Origin: Ranitomeya imitator
Taxonomy: Eukaryota
DNA length: 64,000 nt
Assembly (NCBI RefSeq): GCF_032444005.1
Contig: NC_091288.1
Span: forward strand, 203,546,001-203,610,000
Direction of reading: 5' to 3'
Below the pieces are notes generated by a model. That model worked only from the letters and a program-made list of their open reading frames with translations. It did no database searches and was not told where the DNA came from. Of this stretch, positions 37,037 to 49,307 are shown piece by piece. The position numbers and the translations under genes are program-made. How positions within the stretch are numbered: position 1 is the stretch's first letter; every line of letters starts with the position of its first letter.

Positions 37037-40000
37037 ATGCTGCGTTTGGTGATTGCGCTCATGGTCGCTTCCTGCACCGTCTCGGCGTTGAAAATCGGTG
37101 CATTTAACATTCAGGCCTTTGGGGACTCGAAAATAAATAATCCCGAAGTGTGCGCCATTATAATGAAGGTAAAGTGTTTTTCAAATATTTATACTAAATC
37201 TATACATAAAAAATTGAGGATTTAACGCTGAAAAATGATTAAAAAAGATAAAGATAAATTCTACTAAACTACATTAATGGAGAAAGACTTTAATGTGAAA
37301 ACAGGTTTCCAAGCTTCGGTAGATGAAGAAATGTGTTTGTTGCTGTGTCTATGCTTTGCGATAATTTCCAGCAACTTCTATGATTTCAGATATTGCAGCG
37401 CTATGATATAGTTCTGATCCAGGAAGTTCGGGACGCCGACCTCAGCGCAGTTACCACTATGATGACAGAACTGAATGGGTTAGACATTTTTTTACCATCT
37501 CTTACTCCTGTTTATTGCACCACTAGTCCTTCATATGAGTCCTATATCACGTCTCATGTCCAAAAAGGACAAATTACTAATGTTAAAGGTTACTTATCCC
37601 ACGCGTTTAATTTTTCAAAATGTTCAGTGTCTACTAAAGTCGATGGTGTTCATGCCCAACTGAATGTGGGCCACTTGGAAGCACAGCGGAGACTGCAGAA
37701 GGGCCTGGAAATCCCAAATGAGACAAATGTTAATATAAACACCCCTGTATAGGCCCCTTTACACATGTTGATAACCGTAGGAAGGTTTGGTGACAATCAT
37801 TGACCCGTCTAAACACTGAAATCGTACGAACACTTCATGACAATCATTGAACATGGCGGCGACCACCGGAATTGTATTAACGCTTATTATTATTATTATT
37901 ATTATTTATTTATATAGCACCATTGATTCCATGGTGCTGTACATGAGAAGGGGTTACATACAAGTTACAAATATCACATACAGTAAACAAACTAACAATG
38001 ACGGACTGATACAGAGGGGCGAGGACCCTGCCCTGGCTTACATTCTACAGGATTATGGGGAAGGAGACAGTAGGTTGAGGGTTGCAGGAGCTCCGGTGTT
38101 GGTGAGGCGGTAGCTCCGGTGTTGGTGAGGCGGTAGCTCCGGTGTTGGTGAGGCGGTAGCTCCGGTGTTGGTGAGGCAGTAGCTTCGATAGTGATGAGGC
38201 AGCAGCGGTGTCAGTGCAGGCTGTAGGCTTTCCTGAAGACTTGGTGACAATCATTGACCCGTCTAAACGTGGCAAACACCGGAATCGTATGAACACTTGG
38301 TGCCAATCACTGATCCATCTAAACATGGCAGCGACCACTGGAATGGTACGAACACTTGGTCGCAATCATTTACAAATCTAAACATGGCAACGACCACCAG
38401 AATGGCACGAACGCTTGGTGACAATCATTGACCCGTTTAAACTTGGCAGAGACAACCGGAATTGTACAAACGCTTCATGACAATCATTGACCCGTCTAAA
38501 CATGGCAACGACCACAGGAATCGTATGAATGGTTGGTCCCAATCACTGATCCATCTAAACATGGCAGCGACCACTGGAATGGTACAAACACTTGGTCCCA
38601 ATTAGGCTTGAGCGAAACGGATCGGACAAATTCAAAAGTCGCCGACTTTTGGCAAAGTCGGGTTTCATGAAACCCGAACCGATCCTAGTGTGGGATCGGC
38701 CATGCGGTCGGCGATCTTCGCGCCAAAGTCGCGTTTCGTATGATGCGTTTGGCGCCAATTTTTCAGCCAATGAAGGAGCGTGGGCAGAGTGATGACATAG
38801 TTCTTAGGGGCGTGGACGCCTATCGCCATCTTGTCGCTTGTGCGCTGTAGCGATTTGTGAGAGAGAGAGAAAAAAAATTTCCCATTGACTTTGCATTGGG
38901 TTTCGTGTTTCGGTCGATCCCCGACTTTTCGTTATAATCGGCCGATTTCACTTGACTCGACTTTTGAGATAGTCGGGTTTCGCGAAACCCGACTCGACCC
39001 TAAAAAAGTAAAAGTCGCTCAACCCTAGTCTCAATCATTTACAAATCTAACCATGGCAACGACCACACGAATTGTACGAATGGTTGGTGAGAATCATTGA
39101 CCGGTCTAAACATGGCAACGACCACCGGAATGGCACGAACGCTTGGTGAGAATCATTGACTGGTCTAAACATGGCAACGACCTCCGGAATGGCACGAACG
39201 CTTGGTGACAATCATTGACCGGTCTAAACGTGGCAGCGACCACCGGAATTGTATGAACGCTTGGTCCCAATCACTGATCCATCTAAACATGGCAGCAACC
39301 ACCAAAATTGTATTAACGCTTGGTCCCAATCGCTGATCCATCTAAACATGGCAGCGACCACCGGCTCATTCATCGACTAATTGAATTGTTCATTCTTGGT
39401 CTAAAAATTCCTCATATAATCGCCCCATACACGGTATATGGAAATATGCTACTGCCAACAACATGCAAAATCTACTTGTATCAAACAATGGAATTAACCA
39501 TCATTCATCCTTATCCGCTACCTGCCATCAAACCCAGGATTCTGGTTCTAGCTTTAAACAAAATGATTCCATTCACTTACAGCAAGCAGAAATATTTAAA
39601 ATGGTGGGGAACGGAAACACAAATACTGTATATAATGATATGCAATATATTATTGCTAATAAGTACAAACCTTTTGATTAAATTTCAGCGATTTGTCTGA
39701 ACCGACCTACTCCTATGTGGTCAGCGACACTCTTGGAAGAGACACTTATAAAGAGCGCTACCTGTTTGTCTACAGGTAAGAATCCTCAAACATTAATTAC
39801 TTTGTGTATAGCGCTAAACCTGTCCCTGTCATACATGGACAGCCATTTATCAGAAATGCCACCATGTAATACTACATTTTACCAGCGGGGGAAACGGCAA
39901 CCCCAACAAATCAGCTGCTTCCTGGGATTACCAGGAACAGGACCTGGGGAGATCAGCAGCTAATAAAAATGATAACCCCTTTAAAAGAAAAGGACACTCC

Positions 40001-43000
40001 TTTTTTACTTAAATGTATTTTTGGAGAAAAAAATTTTTTTTTGTTGCAATTGGATGTCATTTAAATGTATTTTTGCACCATTTGGCTTTTGCCGACTCTT
40101 TATTTCCTTGCACATTACTGGTTGCAGAATGAGTGAACTGAGTTCTATCAGTGAGTTCATCCTGATGGAGAGTTTCCACCTGTTTTATCTGTCTTTTTCT
40201 GAGCTCATTGGTGCTGATTTATGACCACTGATCACAACAAGGTTGAGCTGAACTTTGATGTGATCAGAAATCAGCAGTGAGGAGCTAAAAGAAAAAGACA
40301 AACAAAGATTTTGAAACTCCTCTATCTGTCTTTTTCTGAGCACCTCTTGGCTGATTTATGACCTCAAAGTTCAGCTTGGCTGTCATGTGGTCTATGATCA
40401 ACAATCAGCAGATGTGCTCAGAAAAAGACAGATAAAAGAGATACAAAATCTTTGTCTTTGTTTAGCTCCTTTCTGCTCATTTATGATCACATCAAAGTTC
40501 AGCTCAACTTTGTTGTGGTCAATGGTCATAAATCAGCACCAAAATAGCTCAGAAAAAGACAGATAAAATGGTTGCAAAGTATCCATCAGAATTAGATCAG
40601 TGACGAATCCTAGCAATGTGAATGAAGACAAACTTCTTATAAAAGCCATACCATGAAAATATTTGAAAATGAAACCCTATTGCAAAAATTAGCCAAAAAA
40701 AGGCCTTTAATCATAATAATAATTTTTAACTTGGCACATGAACACGTTAATTCTAAAACAACATCTATACAGTTTTCTTTCTAGGCAGAAGTAACACAAT
40801 CGTAATCCGTCTCATTGGTTTGGATTCTCTCTTGAAAGCATTTGATACATTTGCAAAAGATTTATGACTCTCTCAATGCTGTTAGTGTAGAAACAACCTC
40901 CCTGCTGTAACTTTCTTGTCTTATTTTTAGGACTATGTGATGTGTCGAATTACTGGTTTATCTCTTTGTATTAGCTTTGAAGCAATATTTGTGATATTGT
41001 TACTGTTCTATAAATCATTTCCCAGTGTTTGAGCTGGCACACAGCCCAGAGCACAATGAGAAGAGGGCACAGTCTGCCGAGCCTGGCACAATGCCCATGG
41101 TACCATGTATATCTGTGCCGGCTGCTGTAGGAGGCATGACGTGTAGCCGTAAAGATATGTTCATACAGGATGACCTACGAATGGTAGGGAATGGGCGCTT
41201 AGCACCATCCCTATGTAGTAGGTGGGTCGCCTGTTGAGAAAATAATAAAACGATATCCAGCTGTTGGAACCCACAGAGGTCACCTAGAGCAAGGGACACT
41301 CTCTCTCCACTCTAAAGCGGCTCTGTCACCAGATTTCACAAAACAAACTGTACACATTATTAAATAGATGTTTTAGACCTAATGAGGCTGGTGTAGTTAT
41401 CTTGAAAATCCATGTCAGAATTGCTGTATAGTGGTTCAATTGTATTCAGTCGCTGCATCTTCGGCTGCAGCTTGTACTGGGCAGTGTGAGATCTCAGCAG
41501 AAACAGAGAGGAGGGACACTGAGGAGCTGTCAATCAGGCTAAGTGGGGGGAGAGGGTGTTAAACTTTCATAAAGAGTTATACAGTCATTCTGATGTGGAT
41601 TTTCACAGTATGTACACCAATCTCATCAGGTCTAAGATCTATATAATAGTGTACACAGTTTGTATTGTGAAATCTGGCAAAAAGGATGTAAACTAAGTGC
41701 TACCTAACTTCTCACTTGGAGAGAAACTTACCTGACCTGTATTCCCCCGTAGGAATGACAAAGCGAGTGTGCACGACAGCTACCATTACCACGATCACAA
41801 CATGTACACCGGAGAAGACACCTTCAGCAGGGAACCATTTGTGGTCACGTTCCATGCTCCCGGGACAGGTCAGAACTATAGGACCATTATATTAATATTT
41901 TATGCCAAATTTGGTACCATGGTTTCAATATCTATGCACCCTTGTTCTTGAGATCGGTGCAACTCCCAGAGTTGGGACTCCCATCAATCAGCAACTGGTC
42001 ATTGATCCTGTGGATAACTGAGAAATTGCAGTCTTGGTACATCCCCTTTAAGGATTAAGGTAGTGAATACTATATATACAATTTGTCTCTTCAGAAAAGA
42101 AGATGACTTGAACTCTATAGCGCCCCCTGTTGGAAATAGCGATCCTACAAGTCACCATCGACCCTTTAACGGGCCTTGCAATATGACTAAAGGATAAGGA
42201 TAAGGATAAAAGCCAAATCAGAATCTCAATTTGCAGACGTGTTTTGGGGGTATTGCTCCTCGTCAGCGCAAAGTATGAGATCAGATCTGGCTAGGTATAT
42301 CACTTCTGATGGTTGGCACATTATAGCGCATTATTCTATAGTATGATATTTATGATTTTTATTTCCAGTCATCAAGGATTTTGTTCTGGTTCCTTTGCAC
42401 TCTGCCCCTAAAGCTGCGGTTCAGGAGATCGATGCATTATATGACGTCTATGTGGACGCATGTGAGAAATGCCAAAGTGATGTAAGTATTGTGCTGCATA
42501 TGACGGACACGGCGGCTGTACGGTGAGGGTTTATATATCTGTCGTGTGGAGATTTTACATGATGGTTTCTTCATCTCAACCCTGAAAGTGCATCAAAGTT
42601 CCATATACCTACAGCCCTAATACAAAGATTTAGGGCAGAATACACAAATCTGACAATAGAAAGTATATGGGGTAAGATTCCATTTTCAGCAATAAAGTAA
42701 CTCGTCCATGCTCGATGTTCAACTTTTTTACAATGGGAGTTGTAATACCAGACATGGTCTATGGACAAGAGTGGCGCTGTTTCTGGAGAAAAAAAATTGC
42801 CTTTTTTAAATTTCAGAAATCCTTTCAACCGCTTCTCAGACTGGCGGGAAATTTTTTAATTTTCACATTTTCGTTTTTTTTCCTCTACTTTTTCCAAGAA
42901 ACATAATTATTTTAAATGTGGTTTGTGTCGCTATTTTCAAAAACCCATTTTTTTTTTTTTAGTTTTATTTAATTACCTTAAAGGACTTGAACTTAAGTAA

Positions 43001-46000
43001 CACAGCCAGCATCTGCCTTGGCATGGTGCAGGCTCAAGTCCTGAGCCCGCACCACGCACATAGGCCTGTTATTTCACGGACTATTATGTCATGTCGAGTA
43101 GCGGCTAAAGGGGTTGTTTGACCATTTAATATATATTTGCATAGATCCCAAATCGCACCACAGGGTTACAGGGACACATGGAAGCAAAAAAAAAAAAAAA
43201 GTTATACTAGAATCAGCGCCTGTAACTATTAATCATGGGATCACAGCTTCTTACGATTTAGTAGGAAAATTATTCCCCTTTAATTCTTTGTATTTTTATA
43301 GAACATTATTTTCTTGGGCGATTTCAATGCCGACTGCAGCTACGTCACGACCTCTGACTGGGACAGCATCCGCATGTACAGCAGTGGGGACTTCACATGG
43401 CTCATAGCGGATGATATCGACACCACCGTGGGCAAATCAAACTGTGCATACGACAGGTAAGAGCAAAGATACAGCGGATGATTAAACTTATGTAATCAAT
43501 GGGATGTGAAGGGGCAATAAAGCACCATTTTTTATAACTAGCTGAAGAACCCGGCATTGCCTGGGCATAGTAAATATCTGTGGTTACTAATAGCACCTCA
43601 CTTCTCTTATTTTCCCATCACACCTCTCATTTTCACCTCACACCTCTCATTTTCCCCTCAGTATATGTTTGTCATCTCCCTTATATATAGTATACACCTG
43701 TATGTCATCTCCTGTATATAGTATATACCTGTATGTCATCTCCCCTGTATATAGTATATAGCTGTATGTCATCTCCTCCTGTATATAGTATATACCTGTG
43801 TGTCATCTCCCCTGTATATACCTGTATGTCATCTCCTCCAGTATATAGTATATACCTGTGTGTAATCTGCTCCTGTATATAGTATATACATGTGTCATCT
43901 CTCCTGTATATACAGTCATGGCCAAAATTTTTGAGAATGACACCAAAATTATATTTTCACATGATCTGCTGCCCTCTGGTTTTTATTAGTGTTTGTCTGA
44001 TGTTTATATCACATACAGAAATATAATTGCAATCATATTATGAGTACCAATAGGTTATATTGACAGTTAGAATGAGTTAATGCAGCAAGTCAATATTTGC
44101 AGTGTTGCCCCTTCTTCTTCAAGACCTCTGCAATTCTCCCTGGCATGCTCTCAATCAACTTCTGGACCAAATCCTGACTGATAGCAGTCCATTCTTGCAT
44201 AATCAATGCTTGCATTTTGCCAGAATTTGTTGGTTTTTGTTTGTCCACCCGTCTCTTGATGATTGACCACAAGTTATCAATTGGATTAAGATCTGGGGAG
44301 TTTCCAGGCCATGGACCCAAAATCTCTATGTTTTGTTCCATGAGCCATTTAGTTATCACCTTTGCTTTATGGCAAGGTGCTCCATCATGCTGGAAAAGGC
44401 ATTGTTGGGCGCCAAACTGCTCTTAGACGGTTGGGAGAAGTTGCTCTTGGAGGACATTCTGGTACAATTCTTTATTCATGGCTGTGTTTTTAGGCAAGAC
44501 TGTGAGTGAGCCGATTCCCTTGGCTGAGAAGCAACCCCACACATGAATGGTTTCAGGATGCTTTACAGTTGGCATGAGACAAGACTGGTGGTAGCGCTCA
44601 CCTCTTCTTCTCCGAATAAGCTGTTTTCCAGATGTCCCAAACAATCGAAAAGGGGATTCATCAGAGAAAATGACTTTGCCCCAGTCCTCAGCAGTCCACT
44701 CCCTGTACCTTTTGCAGAATATCAGTCGGTCCCTGATGTTTTTTCTGGAGAGAAGTGGCTTCTTTGCTTCCCTCCTTGAAACCAGGCCTTATTTAAAGAG
44801 TCTCCGCCTCACAGTGCTTGCAGAAGCACTCACACCAGCCTGCTGCCATTCCTGAGCAAGCTCGCCACTGCTTGTAGTCCGATCCCGCAGCTGAAACAGT
44901 TTTAAGATACGGTCCTGGCGCTTGCTGGTCTTTCTTGGGCGCCCTGGAGCCTTTTTGACAACAATGGAAGCTCTCTCCTTGAAGTTCTTGATGATGCGAT
45001 AGATTGTTGACTGAGGTGCAATCTTTGTAGCTGCGATACTCTTCCCTGTTAGGCCATTTTTGTGCAGTGCAATGATGGCTGCATGTGTTTCTTTAGAGAT
45101 AACCATGGTTAACTGAAGAGAAACAATGATACCAAGCACCAGCCTCCTTTTAAAGTGTCCAGTGATGTCATTCTTACTTAATCATGACTGATTGATCGCC
45201 AGCCCTGTCCTCATCAACACCCACACCTGTGTTAATGGATCAATCACTAAAACGATGTTAGCTGCTCCTTTTAAGGCAGGACTGCAATGATGTTGAAATG
45301 TGCTTTGGGGGTTAAAGTTCATTTTCTGGGCAAATATTGACTTTGCAAGTACAGTAATTGCTGTTCAGCTGATCACTCTGACATTCAGGAGTATATGCAA
45401 ATTGCCATTAGAAAAAATGAAGCAGTAGACTTTGGAAAAATTAATATTTGTCTCATTCTCAAAATTTTTGTCCATGACTGTAGTATATATGTGTGTGTCA
45501 TCTCTCCTGTATATACGTGTGTCATCTTCTCCTGTATATAGTATATACCTGTATGTCATCTCCTCCTATATATAGTATATACCTGTGTGTAATCTGCTCC
45601 TGTATATAGTATATACATGTGTCATCTCTCCTGTATATAGTATATATGTGCGTGTCATCTCCTCTATATATAGTATATATCTGTATGTCATCTCCTCCTG
45701 TATTACACCTCATTCACACGTTATTTGGTCAGTATTTTTACCTCAGTATTTGTACGCTATATTGGCAGCCTGATGAATCCCCAGCCAACAGGAAGCCCTC
45801 CCCCTGGCTGTATATATTAGCTTAGGCTGGGTTCCCATTGCGTTATGGGACCGCGTTAAACGGACAGCGTTGCACGGCGAAATTAACGCCGTGCAACGCG
45901 GCCGTTAACGCGCCCATTCACGCTAATGGGAACGCGCTTCACTAGCGCGTGCCAAGTTCGGCACGCGCTAGCGACGCGCCGGTGATTCCTGGCGCGCTGC

Positions 46001-47830
46001 GGACGCTGCTTGCAGCGTCCGAGGCGCGCCCGCGGTCCGTTCCCCGCTTTCGCAGATCGGGGATCTGCGAGAGCGGGGACGTTACCGCGACCCCGACCGC
46101 AGCCCCATAGAAAACATTGCGTTAGCGCAATCCGCTAGCGCTAAACGGATTGCACTAACGCAATGTGACCCTAGCCTAACACATACACATAATAGACAGG
46201 TCATGTGACTGACAGCTGCCGTATTTCCTATATGGTACAGTTGTTGCTCTTGTAGTTTGTCTGCTTATTAATCAGATTTTTACTTTTGAAGGATAATACC
46301 AGACTTGTGTGCGTTTTAGGGCGAGTTTCATGTGTCAAGTTGTGTGTGTTGAGTTGTGTGTGGCGACATGCATGTGGCGTCTTTGTGAGATGAGTTTTGT
46401 GTGGCGACATGCGTGTAGCGACTTTTTGTTTGTCGAGTTGCATGTGACAGGTTAGTGTAGCAAGTTGTGTGCAGCAAGTTTTGCGCGTGGCGAGTTTTAT
46501 GTGCGGTGCGTTTTGAGTATGTGCAAGTTTTGTGTGAGGCAACTTTTGCATGTGTTGCAATTTTTGTGCATTGTGGCAATTTTTCCGCGTGTGCAAGTTT
46601 TGCGTGTGGCAAGTTTTCCTTGAGGTGAGTTTTGCACGTGTGGTTAGTTTTGCATGAGCCTAGTTTTGCATGTGGTGAGTTTTGCATGTAGCGAATTTTG
46701 CGCGTGGCGAGTTTTGAGCTGTGACTTTTGTGTTTCAACTTTTATGTGGCGCTCTCACTTTAAGTCCCCCTTGTTCACATCTGGCAGCTGTCAATTTGCC
46801 TCCAACACTTTTCCTTTCACCCTTTCCCCATTATGTAGATAGGGGCAAAATTGTTTCGTGAATTGGAACGCGCAGGGTTAAAATTTCGCTCCCGGACACA
46901 CACACACACACACACACATTCAGCTTTATATATTAGATTACCCCAGATCAGTAGTTTGCAGCAATATTACCTAATTACCCTGGAAATTAACCTTGTTGGT
47001 GCCCCCTAGCTATGCCCGTGCCCCACACTTCTACTGATTCAGAGTCACTACATAATATCACATAGTATCAAAATTAGGTGGAAAAACTTTAATTGGTCTA
47101 AATGGAGATCCTCAAAACTCAGTAGGTGCTGATCTTGCAGCGTGTATGGTCTCTAAATGAGAAGTCATCTGCCACCAATTTTGGCATACTACTGAAGACT
47201 TTGCCAAGAATACACATGACCCATTTATGAAATGTGGCTTTGTTGCCCAGGGTTTTTCTTTTACTGAGCCGTTTCCACGTGTCCAACATTACCGCTCTCA
47301 GTACAGACCGACATGTACTTTTATCACGTGAACGCAACACGTTACATTGAATGCTGAAGTCGAGTTAGGAGACCAGCGACCGGTTCAGACACCTTGGTCC
47401 GTATTCAGACCGTGAAGGTCGTACATGTGATGTCTGCCTAAGAAATTATAGTGGAGTTTTGATCGGAAAAAACTTGGCCACCAGTTTGGATCCACGACAC
47501 CAAGCAACTGTATTAGTGTGTTCAAACTCTATTCAATTTTTTATTTTTTTTTTCAGAATTGTCATCAGCGGTGCCGACCTCCACAGCGCCATAGTGCCCG
47601 ACTCGGCCAAAGTTTTCAACTTTCAGGCAAAATATAAACTGACCCAAGAGCAGGTAATTAAAAAAAAAATAATAATATAAAAAGAAATGCAAAAGAATAG
47701 ATGCCAGAGGCTAATATTACTGCAATGTATCTGCATATAATACACTAGTGTTTTATGTATCTGTACCTTTTTACAGGCTCTAGCAGTGAGTGACCATTAC
47801 CCCGTGGAGTTGGAACTGATGTCTGCTTAA
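37037..47830 (+). CDS. DNASE1: Deoxyribonuclease I-family enzyme (DNASE1/DNASE1L2 clade, orthology uncertain); join(37037-37168, 37390-37478, 39689-39775, 41753-41868, 42369-42481, 43302-43456, 47557-47653, 47777-47830), 280 aa
   Basis: Signal peptide followed by LKIGAFNIQAFG; QEVRD; YKERY (E78); FSREP; PLHSAP (H134); GDFNADC; CAYDR (D212); SDHYPVE (H252). Exon sizes 89/116/113/155/97 follow the DNase I gene pattern; all introns GT-AG. Confidence 0.93.
37884..38240 (-). mobile_element. LINE (L2/CR1-type) 3'-end fragment
   Basis: Minus strand ends GGTGCTATATAAATAAAT(AAT)n and is 5'-truncated. Internal 23-bp tandem GGTAGCTCCGGTGTTGGTGAGGC. Confidence 0.5.
38605..39025. mobile_element. TA-flanked MITE
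   Basis: TA-GGCTTGAGCGA ... TCGCTCAACCC-TA. Confidence 0.7.
40130..40600. mobile_element. Long palindromic MITE core
   Basis: TTTTATCTGTCTTTTTCTGAGC...GAGCTGAACTTTGATGTGATC is mirrored by GATCACATCAAAGTTCAGCTC...GCTCAGAAAAAGACAGATAAAA. Confidence 0.6.
42230..42271 (-). ncRNA. Degenerate type I hammerhead-like motif (same repeat family as 35920)
   Basis: TTTGCG-CTGACGA-GGAGCAATACCCC-AAAA-CACG-TC-TGCAAA. GUC cleavage triplet intact; G12 replaced by A. Confidence 0.5.
43913..45480 (-). mobile_element. Tc1/mariner transposon, DD35-spaced (Traveler-like), 1568 bp
   Basis: TA target duplication; TIRs CAGTCATGG(C/A)CAAAA(T/A)TTTTGAGAATGA. Inserted into a TA of a minisatellite that continues on both sides. 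Confidence 0.92.
44090..45106 (-). pseudogene. Tc1 transposase, 338 codons in one frame with two TAA stops and catalytic E to D
   Basis: MVISKETHAAII..., GRPRKT, FSDES, QHDGAPCH...WPGNSPDLNPIDNLW. Stops at 44789-44791 and 44423-44425. Confidence 0.9.
45825..46176. mobile_element. PIF/Harbinger-type MITE
   Basis: TTA-GGCTGGGTTCCCATTGCG ... CGCAATGTGACCCTAGCC-TAA. Confidence 0.75.
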
Positions 47831-49267
47831 CCCCGGCCCTTGGTGACAAAAAGAACAGGACAACGCGACTCCCTACAGGAAGATTTAATTGATTTTTTGT
47901 ACCTCGTTACATGGTAAAAGAACATGAAAGATGTCCTTTTGCCATGACTGCAAATGTCTGCGTGTTAGACGATTTGTTTATGACACCGACATTTCATAGA
48001 CTTATAAATATAAATATTATATATGTATAGACAAATACGCACAGTCCGAAAAGTGGTGCCGTAGTGCTATAGGATGGGTCCAGGTCTCCTCTGGTGTTAC
48101 GCAGCCCTGGCATATGCGCAATGAAGTGAGAAGTCATAGCCTCAGTCGTGGTGGAAGAGCGGACTTGTATTTTTAGGACTACATGACTCCAGCAGAGACT
48201 AAGACCGCCCCCTTGACTCTTTGCCTTTAGGACACATTACTTAGATTTAGATGTCATTAGTAAGCGATGAGTATTAGGTCATCGGTTTACAGGTAGGATT
48301 ATTGATGACAGGGCCCACTACTAGTGATGAGCGAACGTGCTCGGCTAAGGTGTTAATGGAGCATGCTCGGGTCACGGGTGCTAACCAAGTGACTACGGTG
48401 TACTCAAAAAATATCCTAGAGTCCCTGCGGCTGCGTGTCTCTCGGCTGTTCGACAGCCACAACACATTTTGTTTTGCAAACTTTTTAATGCAAAAAAGTC
48501 ACATTCTTCGAAAATGTGGCGAAAATAGTGCAAAAAAAAAAAGCAACAACCCACAGATATACTTAAAATCACTATGAGGGGGAGAGAAGGGATGAGAACG
48601 GAGTAGATTGCAAGAAAATACAGCAACTTTTTTTTTTTTTTTTTAAAGTTGCAATTGATCAATGTTCTGAAAACATCTGAAGACCCCCAAACTTTGCGCA
48701 GAATGAATAAAAAAAAGCCGCAGGCAATCACATATAGCAAAATTGAAAAAAACAGACAAAAAAAAAAGCAGATGTATTATTTAATCAAGCCCATAAAGCC
48801 ATGTCCTACATTTTTGAAACATCACAACTAAGATAATAGAAAACACACTAAAATGTATGTACGGGGATGGAAGTTTGGAGATTTATGCAACAGACCAAAG
48901 AGCTAAATAATTCTAAAGAGAATAAAAAGGCAGGGGGATATCAGGTATCTGGATGGTTCTCAGACGGCAGCAGGTCGCTGAGGAAAGCAAACTGGATCCA
49001 TAGGAGTATAACATGCAGCAAGTTAGATAAACAGTATAGAAAATAAAGTGTAATTATGTATGTAACTATGTATATAATCATGTACAACCTGTAAATATCA
49101 TCTTCCCAGTGTTTCTTATGTATTAATTAGTGACATATCTTATAAAAATCTGTAATGTCTATTGTGTGGTTCCATCATTTCTCCTTCCTACCATGCGCCA
49201 GTATTACTACACACCTGGGGACATTGCTTACCTGTGTAGCAGACTGCTGCTGTGAAAACAGTGGCTA

Positions 49268-49307
<40 letters not shown>

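Larger units (their letters stand above)
37795..39365. repeat. 59-bp minisatellite (about 13 copies) split by two insertions
   Basis: CAATCATTGACCCGTCTAAACATGGCAACGACCACCGGAATGGCACGAACGCTTGGTGA units at 37795-37883, 38241-38601 and 39029-39365. Confidence 0.9.
43535..46938. mobile_element. Helitron/Helentron-like non-autonomous element hosting nested insertions
   Basis: 5' TAACTAG...CCCGGCATTGCCTGGG hairpin, TA-rich minisatellite, (CA)n and 3' CTTTATATATTAGAT end. Confidence 0.4.

Noticed and set aside
37000-37040. Minus-strand CTGATGA-GAAC-GAAA resembling a hammerhead core
   Set aside because: It is the complement of the DNase acceptor tract; stems I and III cannot form.
46228-46740. His/Lys/Thr-rich minus-strand ORFs
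   Set aside because: Low-complexity GT-rich sub-repeats inside the Helitron-like element.
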